Shown: positions 1 through 7,897, counted from the stretch's first letter. The stretch: 64,000 nt of DNA from Candidatus Woesearchaeota archaeon (GCA_038850615.1 JAWCLR010000003.1:1506-65505), one strand, 5' to 3'. Numbers and translations: made by a program. The notes: generated by a model not told the origin, from the sequence alone.

Positions 1-105
1 CGCCCGGATTTGAACCGGGATGCCCGTAAGGGCGCGGTTTGCACGACACCTGGTTCGAGATTCAGCACTTTGTTCCGCTGCACTACCAGGTTATGCGACG
101 CCGGC
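1..105 (-). tRNA. tRNA-Ser, probable anticodon CGA, with intervening sequence; 3' acceptor strand cut by the window edge
   Basis: The reverse complement gives acceptor GCCGGCG, a GCA/TGC D-stem, long variable arm GCCCTTACGGGCA and T-arm TCCCGGTTCAAATCCGGG. The body is near-identical to the tRNA-Ser at 3353-3435. 45 nt sit where a 17-nt anticodon arm is expected. Confidence 0.75.
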
Positions 106-715
106 AAGAGAATTTATTAGCTTTTCTTGCTTTGCAGGATGATTAAACCCCACACGATTTAAAAAGTTTTGCCTATCATATTTACGATTAATTGAGAGAA
201 TGTGATTTGTGTTCCAATTCTTTTGTTTTCTATGATAAACATACAATCTGCTTTGGATTCCCAGCTCCCTCAAGAAGTCCTTGCACCTGCCTGAGACCAA
301 TCTCATTTACGCTATTAACAACAATAGTATTGCGCCCAACATATGCTTCTGAATCAAAGAAAGCCCTCAACCATTCTATTTTGCATTCTAAGTTATCCAG
401 AACAGGATACGGCAATCTCCATGCAAGTCCTTGAAAACTTTGCCAACGAGCTTAATTCTGTTCCTACAGTCTTATGCACAATTCTGACCCTATAATGATT
501 CGGCTCATTGGTTATTGTGGGTTTCCGGCCATAAAGCTTTTGAAAAGTATCAGCTATTAAGTGTGCAACTTCTAAATTATCTGGATAGAAGACAATATCA
601 TAACGAACATTATTTCTTTGTTTACGGATTACAAGAGACCCATCTCCTTGTAAGTAAGTAATAATTCTTGATAGAAATTTATTGTGCGCGCTTATATCTT
701 TAATTGATGATTCAT
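91..715 (-). pseudogene. Double-motif LAGLIDADG homing endonuclease, frame-disrupted
   Basis: Minus-strand translation gives ...ITYLQGDGSLVIRKQRNNVRYDIVFYPDNLEVAHLIADTF... (motif 1) and ...KIEWLRAFFDSEAYVGRNTIVVNS... (motif 2). The tail reads ...RELGIQSRLYVYHRKQKNWNTNHILSINRKYDRQNFLNRVGFNHPAKQEKL. These pieces lie in three different frames. The only ATG (715-713) hits a stop after 7 codons. Confidence 0.6.
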
Positions 716-880
716 GTTCGTGGACTGCTTGTTTTTCCCCATCTCACAAGCACCCTTTGGCGTTGAAGTTCAGATGAAAAATCCATCACCAAAACAAGAT
801 TGAACAATAATATAAATGCCACGCAAGCACGACCAGTGACCAGTGAAGCATTTTTAAACCTTGCCTTAATTACTGCACAC

Positions 881-1291
881 ATGGTAAGAGTCTGGCTTGT
901 CCCGCCCGAATGCCTTGATGACCAGCGCCTGCTTGGCGAACACCTCGAAATCCACATAATCATCGGCGCAATCGCAAAAAGACATCAGGGAAAAAAAGGC
1001 GGGTGGGTAAATCATCCTGAAACAATAAGGTATGAAAACAGGGTAAAAGCGCTCATCAAAAGACACCAAAAACTGATTGAGGAAATGAAAAAGCGCGGCT
1101 GGAACGCAGGAAAAATCCACAAGACACCGCTTCCAACAAAAGGAATCCCAAAAAGCGCATTCAAGGACTTCAAGCCAACAAAACAAATGATTCTAAAGGA
1201 CATTTCTGACCTGAAAAAGCGCTGGAAAAAAGAAGGAAAGAAAGGCGGAAGAGTGCCTTTGAGTTCCTATAACGCCCCCGACGGACAATGA
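881..1291 (+). CDS. Pyrimidine-dimer DNA glycosylase (T4 endonuclease V / DenV-like)
   Basis: The N-terminus MVRVWLVPPECLDDQRLLGEHLEIHIIIGAI matches the phage T4 endoV pattern MTRINL..SEL.DQHL.AE.REL. Start placed at the internal ATG at 881 rather than the ORF-track start at 800. Confidence 0.7.
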   Translation: MVRVWLVPPECLDDQRLLGEHLEIHIIIGAIAKRHQGKKGGWVNHPETIRYENRVKALIKRHQKLIEEMKKRGWNAGKIHKTPLPTKGIPKSAFKDFKPTKQMILKDISDLKKRWKKEGKKGGRVPLSSYNAPDGQ

Positions 1292-1368
1292 AAATCCCGA
1301 TTCGCAAGCTCATCAGGAATTTTCAAACCCGCGTGTGCGTTCTCACTACGTTCGAACGCCCCCGACGG
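1271..1368 (-). repeat. 14-nt direct repeat of the tRNA-Glu(CTC) 3' end flanking a ~70-nt hairpin element
   Basis: AACGCCCCCGACGG occurs at 1271-1284 and at 1355-1368. Inverted repeat TGAAAATCCC (1289-1298) / GGAATTTTCA (1316-1325). The spacer is homologous to that at 39770-39827. Confidence 0.8.
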
Positions 1369-1429
1369 GATTTGAACCCGTGTCAAAGCCGCGAGAGGGC
1401 TTTATCCTTGGCCGCTAGACGACAGGGGC
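1357..1429 (-). tRNA. tRNA-Glu(CTC)
   Basis: 73-nt cloverleaf: acceptor GCCCCTG/CGGGGGC, anticodon stem AAGCC/GGCTT with loop CTCTCGC, T-arm CGGGTTCAAATCCCG. Confidence 0.9.
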
Positions 1430-1466
1430 ATCACTACGACGAAAAACCAAGCGTGGCTTTTAAAGT

Positions 1467-2297
1467 TTATGTCTGCCTCTGAAACCGCTTCAGCACGAAA
1501 GGAATCATGTCAACCAAGTCGCTCGCAAGATAACCAAAGCCCTTTTTCTTGTAAAGAATGTCCGCCGCCTTGCCGTTTACGAAAGCAGCGGCGCAGGCAG
1601 CCCTGAAAGCGTCATTGCCCTGCGCCATCAAGCCAGCAACAATGCCTGCAAGAACATCGCCCGTGCCTCCATGCGTCATTCCGGCATTGCCTGTTGAATT
1701 CACTGCAATTTTGTCCATTGAAATGATTTCTGTTTTTGGATGCCCTTTCTTGACGAGCACGTTTGACCCCAGATGCTTTTGCAAATCCCCGGCCGCAATA
1801 TTGCTGTTCTCAAGCAAAGCCTCAAACTCCTTCGCGTGAGGCAAGAACACAGCACCCGACACATCCTGCAACCTTACCACGCGCAATGCCGCTGCGTCAA
1901 GCACAAGAGGCCTGTGGACTCGAGTGGCAACCTTCCAGATGAACTCTGCGACTCCGGGTGTGAATGAAATGCCGTTCCCGATTTCAACAACATCCGCCTT
2001 TTCTGCAAGCGCAAGGATTTCAGGAATGTTTTTCGGCGTGAAGTTGTTGCACTTTATTTTCTTAGTTATAAGGTCAGGGGCGATGCTGTTAATTGTCCAG
2101 GCAACCTTTTCAGGGGCTGCGACGGTGACAAGGTCTGCGCCGCTTCGCAAAACAGCCATTGCGGCCATTCCGACAAGCGCAGGCGCGCCGATGTAGTCCT
2201 CGCTTCCGCCAACCACAAGCACCGTGCCATTGTCTCCCTTATGCGAGTCTTTCCTTCTCGGCTTCAGAACAATGTCGCGACTAGTGAGACTCCTCAT
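1467..2297 (-). CDS. nnrD: ADP/ATP-dependent NAD(P)HX dehydratase (YjeF C-terminal, carbohydrate-kinase-like)
   Basis: HKGDNGTVLVVGGSEDYIGAPALVGMAAMAVLRSGADLVTV ... THGGTGDVLAGIVAGLMAQG are typical family motifs. Confidence 0.8.
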   Translation of the reverse strand: MRSLTSRDIVLKPRRKDSHKGDNGTVLVVGGSEDYIGAPALVGMAAMAVLRSGADLVTVAAPEKVAWTINSIAPDLITKKIKCNNFTPKNIPEILALAEKADVVEIGNGISFTPGVAEFIWKVATRVHRPLVLDAAALRVVRLQDVSGAVFLPHAKEFEALLENSNIAAGDLQKHLGSNVLVKKGHPKTEIISMDKIAVNSTGNAGMTHGGTGDVLAGIVAGLMAQGNDAFRAACAAAFVNGKAADILYKKKGFGYLASDLVDMIPFVLKRFQRQT

Positions 2298-3313
2298 GGG
2301 TTTAGCGGCTTAACCAAATTTTGAGGTGACTTTTTCAGAAACGACTCAATGTTGCTGATTGTTGTGTCAAGAATTCTCTCCAACGCTTCCTTGGAATAGA
2401 AAGCACAATGTGGCGTAACGTAAACATTGGGCTGCTCAAAAAGCACGTGCTCTGCAAGAAGGGTTTGGATGTCGCGAGCTTTCTTAAAGCCCTTCGAGAG
2501 AAACTCCAATTCCTCCTTTATTGCACATTCCTCCTCAAGAACATCAAGCCCCACTCCGGAGAATATCTTTCTTGATATGCCCTCCAGGATTGCTCCTGTT
2601 TCAATAACAGCGCCGCGCGATGTGTTTATCAGTATTGCACCCTTCTTGACCTTGTTCAGGTTCTTTTTGTTGAGCATATGGGTTGTTTCCTTCGTAAGAG
2701 GCACATGGAATGTTATCACATCGGACTCTGAAAGCAATTTCTCAAAAGGCACGTACTTGAACCCGCATTCCTTTGCGAGCTCTTCATTTGGATAAACGTC
2801 GTATGCAATAACTTTCATGCCGAAGCCGCAACTGCCGATGTGAGCGACATTCCTGCCAATTCTTCCTGTGCCGACAACGCCAAGGGTTTTGCCTTTCAGG
2901 TCAAAGCCACACAACCCCTCAATCTCAAAGTGGGCTTTGCGCGTGCGCTCCACAGCGTCAACAATCTTCCGAGAAATGGCAAGAATCAGCCCGAATGTGT
3001 GTTCTGCAACGGTGATATCACCGTACGCTGGCACATTGCTGACAGCAATCTTCCTTTTTGCGCATTCCTTGAGGTCGATATGGTCAAAGCCGGTGCTCCT
3101 GGTCGTCACCAGCTTCACCTTTGGCAGAAGGTTAAGCACCTTTTTGTCTATTTTGGAATGGATGAATACCGCGAGAATGTCAGCGCCTTTTGCCTTTGCT
3201 GCATTCTCGGGCTTGAGGGCGTCATCAATAAAAACAAGGTTGTGCTTACTCAGCCGTTTCCTGATGTATCTCTTCTGCCAAGGCTCCAGCTCAAAAAATG
3301 CTATCGTTGCCAC
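2294..3313 (-). CDS. D-isomer-specific 2-hydroxyacid dehydrogenase (D-lactate / phosphoglycerate dehydrogenase family)
   Basis: NAD-binding GVVGTGRIGRNVAHI, the catalytic-domain layout, and a 4-nt overlap with the downstream gene. Confidence 0.75.
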   Translation of the reverse strand: MATIAFFELEPWQKRYIRKRLSKHNLVFIDDALKPENAAKAKGADILAVFIHSKIDKKVLNLLPKVKLVTTRSTGFDHIDLKECAKRKIAVSNVPAYGDITVAEHTFGLILAISRKIVDAVERTRKAHFEIEGLCGFDLKGKTLGVVGTGRIGRNVAHIGSCGFGMKVIAYDVYPNEELAKECGFKYVPFEKLLSESDVITFHVPLTKETTHMLNKKNLNKVKKGAILINTSRGAVIETGAILEGISRKIFSGVGLDVLEEECAIKEELEFLSKGFKKARDIQTLLAEHVLFEQPNVYVTPHCAFYSKEALERILDTTISNIESFLKKSPQNLVKPLNP

Positions 3314-3352
3314 AGCACAAAACGCCTAACAATTAGTATTTAAATATTACGA

Positions 3353-3435
3353 CGCCGCAGCCCGGATTTGAACCGGGATGCCCTTGCGGGCCAGGCTCTC
3401 CAGGCCTGTGCAATACCAGGTTATGCGACTGCGGC
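3353..3435 (-). tRNA. tRNA-Ser(GGA)
   Basis: Acceptor GCCGCAG/CTGCGGC plus G, anticodon stem CAGGC/GCCTG with loop CTGGAGA, long variable arm GCCCGCAAGGGCA, T-arm TCCCGGTTCAAATCCGGG. Confidence 0.9.
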
Positions 3436-3470
3436 ATTCGCCTTTTCGCGATACCTCTTGTAGAACTGCA

Positions 3471-3488
3471 AGGTTATGCGACGGCGGC
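3471..3488 (-). repeat. Decayed copy of the first 18 nt of tRNA-Ser(GGA), 53 nt upstream of the real 5' end
   Basis: Plus strand AGGTTATGCGACGGCGGC (3471-3488) versus AGGTTATGCGACTGCGGC (3418-3435), one mismatch. Confidence 0.7.
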
Positions 3489-3510
3489 AAACAAAAATTG
3501 AGAATAATAT

Positions 3511-3519
3511 CTTATAAAG
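3511..3519 (-). promoter_or_regulatory. TATA-like box (CTTTATAAG on the minus strand)
   Basis: Lies 23-31 nt upstream of the duplicated tRNA-Ser 5' fragment, not at promoter distance from the mature tRNA 5' end. Confidence 0.4.
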
Positions 3520-3548
3520 CTTTCTTACAAAAAAAGAAAAAATTGCGC

Positions 3549-3707
3549 TTACCTGTGCTTTTCCTTTGTTGTCAGGTGGTGGTAGCCGGAGATAAGCAAT
3601 GACAGCGCCAGTGCAAGCAAAGCCCACTTCGTGTTGCCTATCCAAACGAGATAGCCTGCAACAAGCGCAATTATCACGTAAAGCCAGCCTCTTGTCTTTG
3701 CATCCAT
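3549..3707 (-). CDS. Small membrane protein (52 aa), hypothetical
   Basis: Below the ORF-track size cut-off. MDAKTRGWLYVIIALVAGYLVWIGNTKWALLALALSLLISGYHHLTTKEKHR has two hydrophobic helices and is preceded by GAGGTGAT. Confidence 0.45.
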   Translation of the reverse strand: MDAKTRGWLYVIIALVAGYLVWIGNTKWALLALALSLLISGYHHLTTKEKHR

Positions 3708-3754
3708 TAGTATCACCTCAACGCAGGAATTAACAAATCAGTATATAAACATTA

Positions 3755-3828
3755 TGGCGGTGACGAGATTTGAACTCGTGACCCACGGCTTATGAAACCG
3801 TTGCTCTGCCAGGCTGAGCTACACCGCC
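3755..3828 (-). tRNA. tRNA-Met(CAT), elongator type
   Basis: GGCGGTG acceptor with a G1:C72 pair, anticodon stem ACGGT/GCCGT with loop TTCATAA, T-arm ACGAGTTCAAATCTCGT. Confidence 0.85.
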
Positions 3829-3868
3829 TTAAAAAAGAACAGGAAAGAAGTTTGTTTAAAAAGCTTGC

Positions 3869-4276
3869 TCACAGGTTTGCTTTAATTGCTTCCTGCACTT
3901 TTTTCATTTCATCATCAGAAAGCGTCTTGTGCGGCCAATGCCTCAATCCGTCATTCCTGAACCTCGGCATTATGTGCAGGTGGGTGTGGAACACCGCCTG
4001 GCCTGCTGCCGGCTTTGTGTTTATGCCAACATTGAAGCCGTCAGCATTGACCGCCTTCATAACTGCCGTTGCGATTTTCTTTGTCCTTGTTATCATATCG
4101 CTCAACACGTCATCAGGAGTTTCAAGAAGGTCAGCATGATGGGCTCGCGGCACAACAAGGGTGTGACCGGGATTCACGGGCATGATGTCAAGGAATGCCA
4201 AAATTTTGTCATTCTCGTAAACCTTCATTGACGGTATTTTTCCCGCAATGATTTTGCAAAAAATGCAGTCGTCCAT
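3869..4276 (-). CDS. HIT-family (histidine triad) nucleotide hydrolase
   Basis: MDDCIFCKII... and the triad HTHLHIMPR. Start moved to the ATG preceded by GAGGTGAT. Confidence 0.8.
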   Translation of the reverse strand: MDDCIFCKIIAGKIPSMKVYENDKILAFLDIMPVNPGHTLVVPRAHHADLLETPDDVLSDMITRTKKIATAVMKAVNADGFNVGINTKPAAGQAVFHTHLHIMPRFRNDGLRHWPHKTLSDDEMKKVQEAIKANL

Positions 4277-4286
4277 CCCAATCACC

Positions 4287-4940
4287 TCAAAGGAATTTTT
4301 CAATCTCGGCAAGGTTTTTTATCTTGTTGGCATACGCCCGCGTGCCCTTGCGGTCAACCAGCACTGCCAGCACACCCGCCTTTTCAGCTCCTGCAATATC
4401 ACTCTCAAGGCTGTCGCCAACCATTACGGCGTCGTCCTTGCCCACGCCGAGCTTCCGAAGCGCAATGTCAAACATTTCAGGATCCGTCTTAAGAAAGCCG
4501 GTCTCATATGAGAAACACACTGCATCAAAGAGCTTGTCAAAACCGAACTTCTCAAGCAGTCCTTCCACGGATAATTTCGGGGTATTTGAAACAATGGCAA
4601 TCTTTATTCCTCTTGATTTCAGCATTTCCAATGCCTGCAGTGTGTCGGGATAAAGCCTTGCAAGGAGCTTGTTCTTGTTCCATATGCCAATCAATCTCTC
4701 AATCACCCAGTCAGGAGCCTTAATCCCAAATGCCTCAAAAGCGTCCTTGAACATCTGCGCTTGGTCGTCATACGGCTTTGTCATTGTAAAGCGCTCAAAT
4801 TTCTCAACAAAATCGCCAAAATGCATTTTTGGACGCATGAACTTGTAAGTCTGCTTCAAAGGCGAATAAGCGCCCTGCTGTACAAGCGTGCCCCAAAAGT
4901 CAAACAAAACAGCTTTTTTCATTCTGCCCCTTTGATTCAA
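4287..4940 (-). CDS. HAD-superfamily hydrolase
   Basis: Motif I VLFDFWGTLV, motif II VSNT, motif IV MVGDSLESDIAGA. Confidence 0.75.
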   Translation of the reverse strand: MNQRGRMKKAVLFDFWGTLVQQGAYSPLKQTYKFMRPKMHFGDFVEKFERFTMTKPYDDQAQMFKDAFEAFGIKAPDWVIERLIGIWNKNKLLARLYPDTLQALEMLKSRGIKIAIVSNTPKLSVEGLLEKFGFDKLFDAVCFSYETGFLKTDPEMFDIALRKLGVGKDDAVMVGDSLESDIAGAEKAGVLAVLVDRKGTRAYANKIKNLAEIEKFL

Positions 4941-4971
4941 ACGCCTCCCTGTTTAAAAGATTATGGTAATA

Positions 4972-5045
4972 TGGACCAGCCGAGATTTGAACTCGGAGCC
5001 TCACCGCTGCCAGCGGCGCGTTCTGCCGGATTGAACTACTGGCCC
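4972..5045 (-). tRNA. tRNA-Ala(GGC)
   Basis: GGGCCAG/CTGGTCC acceptor with G3:U70, anticodon loop CTGGCAG. Confidence 0.9.
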
Positions 5046-5048
5046 GAC

Positions 5049-5120
5049 TGGACCTGCCGGGAATTGAACCCGGCGCCTCACCCGTGCGAGGGGTGCGTTC
5101 TACCGATGAACTACAGGCCC
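5049..5120 (-). tRNA. tRNA-Ala(CGC)
   Basis: GGGCCTG/CAGGTCC acceptor with G3:U70, anticodon stem CACCC/GGGTG with loop CTCGCAC. Only 3 nt separate it from the previous tRNA. Confidence 0.9.
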
Positions 5121-5280
5121 TGATGTGTTAAATAATTGTCGTCTTAACCGCTTTAAAAAACTTCTTATTAGAATGGCGCCTGATTAAAAAATAAGGGCGT
5201 CAGAAGAAAAATAACGCCCCTTTGGTCTTTGACAGATGCAATGAGCAGGATTTGGTTTAAAAGCTTTGTTGTTTTGCAGT

Positions 5281-5529
5281 TCAGTCTTTGAGTTTTAGCG
5301 CCTTTTTAAGCTTCTCGCGGTCAAAACCCACAATAACTATCTTGTCGTCGAGAATTATTACCGGAACGCCCATTTGCCCGCTTTTCTCAACCATTTCATT
5401 AGCGGCATCCTTGTCTTCTGCAACATTGACGTCCTCAAACTCAACCCCGTGCTCTTTCAAATAATCCTTTACCATATGGCAGTAAGGGCATGTTGGCGTT
5501 GAGTAAACTTTTACCTTGTGCTTTGGCAT
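5281..5529 (-). CDS. Glutaredoxin-like small redox protein
   Basis: 82 aa with VKVYSTPTCPYCHMVKDYL (CPYC active site) and GVPVIILDDKIVIVGFD. Confidence 0.8.
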   Translation of the reverse strand: MPKHKVKVYSTPTCPYCHMVKDYLKEHGVEFEDVNVAEDKDAANEMVEKSGQMGVPVIILDDKIVIVGFDREKLKKALKLKD

Positions 5530-5538
5530 AAAAACACC

Positions 5539-5871
5539 TCATTGCTTGATGTACACGTATTTTGTCTCCCCTTCTGCAATGGAAACCGGCTCAGTGGTCC
5601 ACCCGCTTTTCACGGCCTGCGTTGTTGAGTTAGCAGGCACGGATTTCGGCCTTACAGCAACAGTTGATTTGTTCTGCTCAGGCAACGGCGCCAACGGGTT
5701 CAAAACAGTCTTGTTTACGACCGGCTTTGGCTCAGGCGCGGCAACCGGCTGGGAAACAATCTGAGCAGGTTCGGGCTCGTAAATGCTTTCAGCAACAGGC
5801 TTCTCATCCGCAAATTCCACGCAGCCGGCAAGAAACGCAAGAAGCAACAAGACCGTGGTTGTTTTCTTCAT
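5539..5871 (-). CDS. Putative lipoprotein, hypothetical
   Basis: Signal peptide MKKTTTVLLLLAFLAGC with lipobox LAGC, followed by a Pro/Val-rich linker. Confidence 0.6.
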   Translation of the reverse strand: MKKTTTVLLLLAFLAGCVEFADEKPVAESIYEPEPAQIVSQPVAAPEPKPVVNKTVLNPLAPLPEQNKSTVAVRPKSVPANSTTQAVKSGWTTEPVSIAEGETKYVYIKQ

Positions 5872-5898
5872 ATGGGTGCAAAAGCGCTTTAGAGATAT

Positions 5899-6654
5899 TT
5901 AAACCTTTCTCGCAATCCAGAAAAACAAGACAATCCCCGCGATAAACATAGGGATATTAAGCGCTTGTCCAAGGGTCAGCGGTCCGACAAATGCGGTTGG
6001 CTCGCGGAAATACTCGGCTATGAAGCGGAACACTGAATAAAGCACAAGAAAGAGGGCAAGGAGCGAGCCGTTTGCCATCTTTTTATTCCTCAAGCATAGC
6101 AAGACAAAGAAGATAATCACGTCATAAGCAGCTTCGTACAACTGCGACGGGTGCCTGTAACCCTCTGCACCGGGAAACTTCACAGCCCACGGCACATTTG
6201 TAATCCTCCCAAAAAGCTCGCCGTTGATGAAATTGCCAATCCTTCCAAGCGCCTGTCCAAGGGCAATTGGAACAACACACACGTCGCAGAGGTTTAGGAA
6301 GCGGATTTTCCTGCGCCGCGCAAATAAGTACCCCGCAATAAGTCCGCCAAGAAGCCCGCCGTGAAAACTCAACCCGCCGTGCCATATCGCAATAATCTCG
6401 CCCGGATTGGCGAAATAATACGCCGGCTCCCATACCAAGACCTCAAGCAGGCGCGCGCCAATAATCACTCCCGCAACGAGCCACACCATCAGCCAGTCAA
6501 CATCATCCTGCGTCAGATTTATCATCCCTGTGCGCACAGAACGCCTCACATAAAAATAAACAAAAAGGAAGCTTAATGCCCACATCACGCCATACCATCT
6601 CACCTGCAACGGACCAAGCTCAATCAGGACGGGGTTAATCGCGTGCTCAAACAT
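5899..6654 (-). CDS. lgt: Prolipoprotein diacylglyceryl transferase (bacterial Lgt family)
   Basis: LGPLQVRWYGVMWALSF, HGGLSFHGGLLGG, GRIGNFINGELFG, HPSQLYEA; polytopic membrane protein of 251 aa. Confidence 0.85.
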   Translation of the reverse strand: MFEHAINPVLIELGPLQVRWYGVMWALSFLFVYFYVRRSVRTGMINLTQDDVDWLMVWLVAGVIIGARLLEVLVWEPAYYFANPGEIIAIWHGGLSFHGGLLGGLIAGYLFARRRKIRFLNLCDVCVVPIALGQALGRIGNFINGELFGRITNVPWAVKFPGAEGYRHPSQLYEAAYDVIIFFVLLCLRNKKMANGSLLALFLVLYSVFRFIAEYFREPTAFVGPLTLGQALNIPMFIAGIVLFFWIARKV

Positions 6655-7450
6655 CCGGCAATCCCCTCACGACAAAAGTGATGTATGCGCGCGACCATGC
6701 AAGAAGCATCAGCAAAATTATTGCGCCCATCACAAGCGCAGCTGTTTTGCTGATTCCCGCAACCAGCTTAAGGACAGCATTGCCAACAAAAAACTGGGCA
6801 ATGACAATGGCAACTGCTGGAACCAGCACCAATGCATTCCTGGCTCCTGACACAAATGCTTTTCTCAAATTAAGCAAAGGATATGAAATAATTGCAAAAT
6901 AGGCAACAAGCCCAAGAATCACGTACATTACTGCACCCGGCGGAGTCCTGCCTGCGCCGATAAAAATGCTCCTAAGCTCAAGAGCTATGCTGATGCAGTG
7001 CCAGAGGCAATAAAGCCCGAACCAAAACAGGTTAATTCTAGCAAAGCGCAAAAGAAACAAGCGCCAGTGCGTTTTCAGCCCAGAAAGTATTCCTGCAATG
7101 CGCCAAGCAAGCCCCTGAAAAATGCAATAAAGCATGAATACAGCCAACGCAAGCACCAAAAGCAACACAACACACTGCAAGGTGTACCTGCTCACAGGAG
7201 GGCTGAAAAGCACGTTCGCCACAGCAGGCCTTGCGCTGCCCTCCACAACGCGCATCTGGACAGAAAGCATGACCCCAATTGCAATTATGTGCTCTGAAAT
7301 CCTAGCCAGCAATGGCGCTGTCATAAAGCCATACAGGACAAGGAAAGCAAAATCAAGCGCTGCGCTGAAAGGCAAATACCATTTTGCTGAAAAAACAGCC
7401 TTCCATGAATGAATCCATTCAATTGCAAACGCAGGTTTTGACCTCTTCAT
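6647..7450 (-). CDS. Polytopic membrane protein, hypothetical
   Basis: At least 6 hydrophobic segments and an 8-nt overlap with lgt. Start placed at MKRSKPAF. Confidence 0.55.
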   Translation of the reverse strand: MKRSKPAFAIEWIHSWKAVFSAKWYLPFSAALDFAFLVLYGFMTAPLLARISEHIIAIGVMLSVQMRVVEGSARPAVANVLFSPPVSRYTLQCVVLLLVLALAVFMLYCIFQGLAWRIAGILSGLKTHWRLFLLRFARINLFWFGLYCLWHCISIALELRSIFIGAGRTPPGAVMYVILGLVAYFAIISYPLLNLRKAFVSGARNALVLVPAVAIVIAQFFVGNAVLKLVAGISKTAALVMGAIILLMLLAWSRAYITFVVRGLPDV

Positions 7451-7451
7451 T

Positions 7452-7577
7452 TTATGGCGCAGGAATAAGCGACTGCGGCGCTGGCACTGGAAACAGCGTG
7501 TGAGCATTCAATACAACAAAAAGCAGTCCAAGAAAGACAATCAGGACAACGATAACAAACCAAAAATTCTCGTTCAT
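7452..7577 (-). CDS. 41-aa single-pass membrane peptide, hypothetical
   Basis: MNENFWFVIVVLIVFLGLLFVVLN... is packed tightly between its two neighbours. Confidence 0.3.
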   Translation of the reverse strand: MNENFWFVIVVLIVFLGLLFVVLNAHTLFPVPAPQSLIPAP

Positions 7578-7585
7578 CAGCGCCT

Positions 7586-7897
7586 TTACGGCCACCAGCA
7601 GCACTTTATGTATGGAAGCAGGCCCTGTTCGCAAACCCCGCCGGCAGCAATAAACTGGTTGGCAGTCCTCAAGTCAGTCACCGCATTGCCACGCGGGCAT
7701 GCATTTTGCACAGGAACCAGCGTGACTTCGCCTGTCATTGACGGCAGGTTGCCAGTAAAGAACATCACAAGTATCACTATAACGAAAATCGCAACAATAC
7801 CCCACGTGGCAAGCCAAATATCCTTTGATGTCCCTCGTGTGTCTTCTTCAAGCTGAACAGGTGCTGTTGGGCGGAACTCAAGTTTTTTCTTAACCAT
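7586..7897 (-). CDS. Small signal-anchored Cys-containing protein, hypothetical
   Basis: Transmembrane helix WLATWGIVAIFVIVILVMFF followed by ...SMTGEV... and a 4-Cys tail. Loosely resembles the 31.1-33.1 kb family. Confidence 0.5.
   Translation of the reverse strand: MVKKKLEFRPTAPVQLEEDTRGTSKDIWLATWGIVAIFVIVILVMFFTGNLPSMTGEVTLVPVQNACPRGNAVTDLRTANQFIAAGGVCEQGLLPYIKCCWWP

Noticed and set aside
1299-1316. CUGAUGAG...CGAA in the hairpin element, on the minus strand, resembles a hammerhead-ribozyme core.
   Set aside because: The second copy of the element (39797-39814) reads AGACGAG instead, stem II would be only 2 bp, and no cleavage-site helix is evident.
4761-5123. A 120-aa plus-strand ORF. 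A similar ORF lies at 1288-1482.
   Set aside because: Both run across tRNA genes on the opposite strand (the tRNA-Ala pair and tRNA-Glu).
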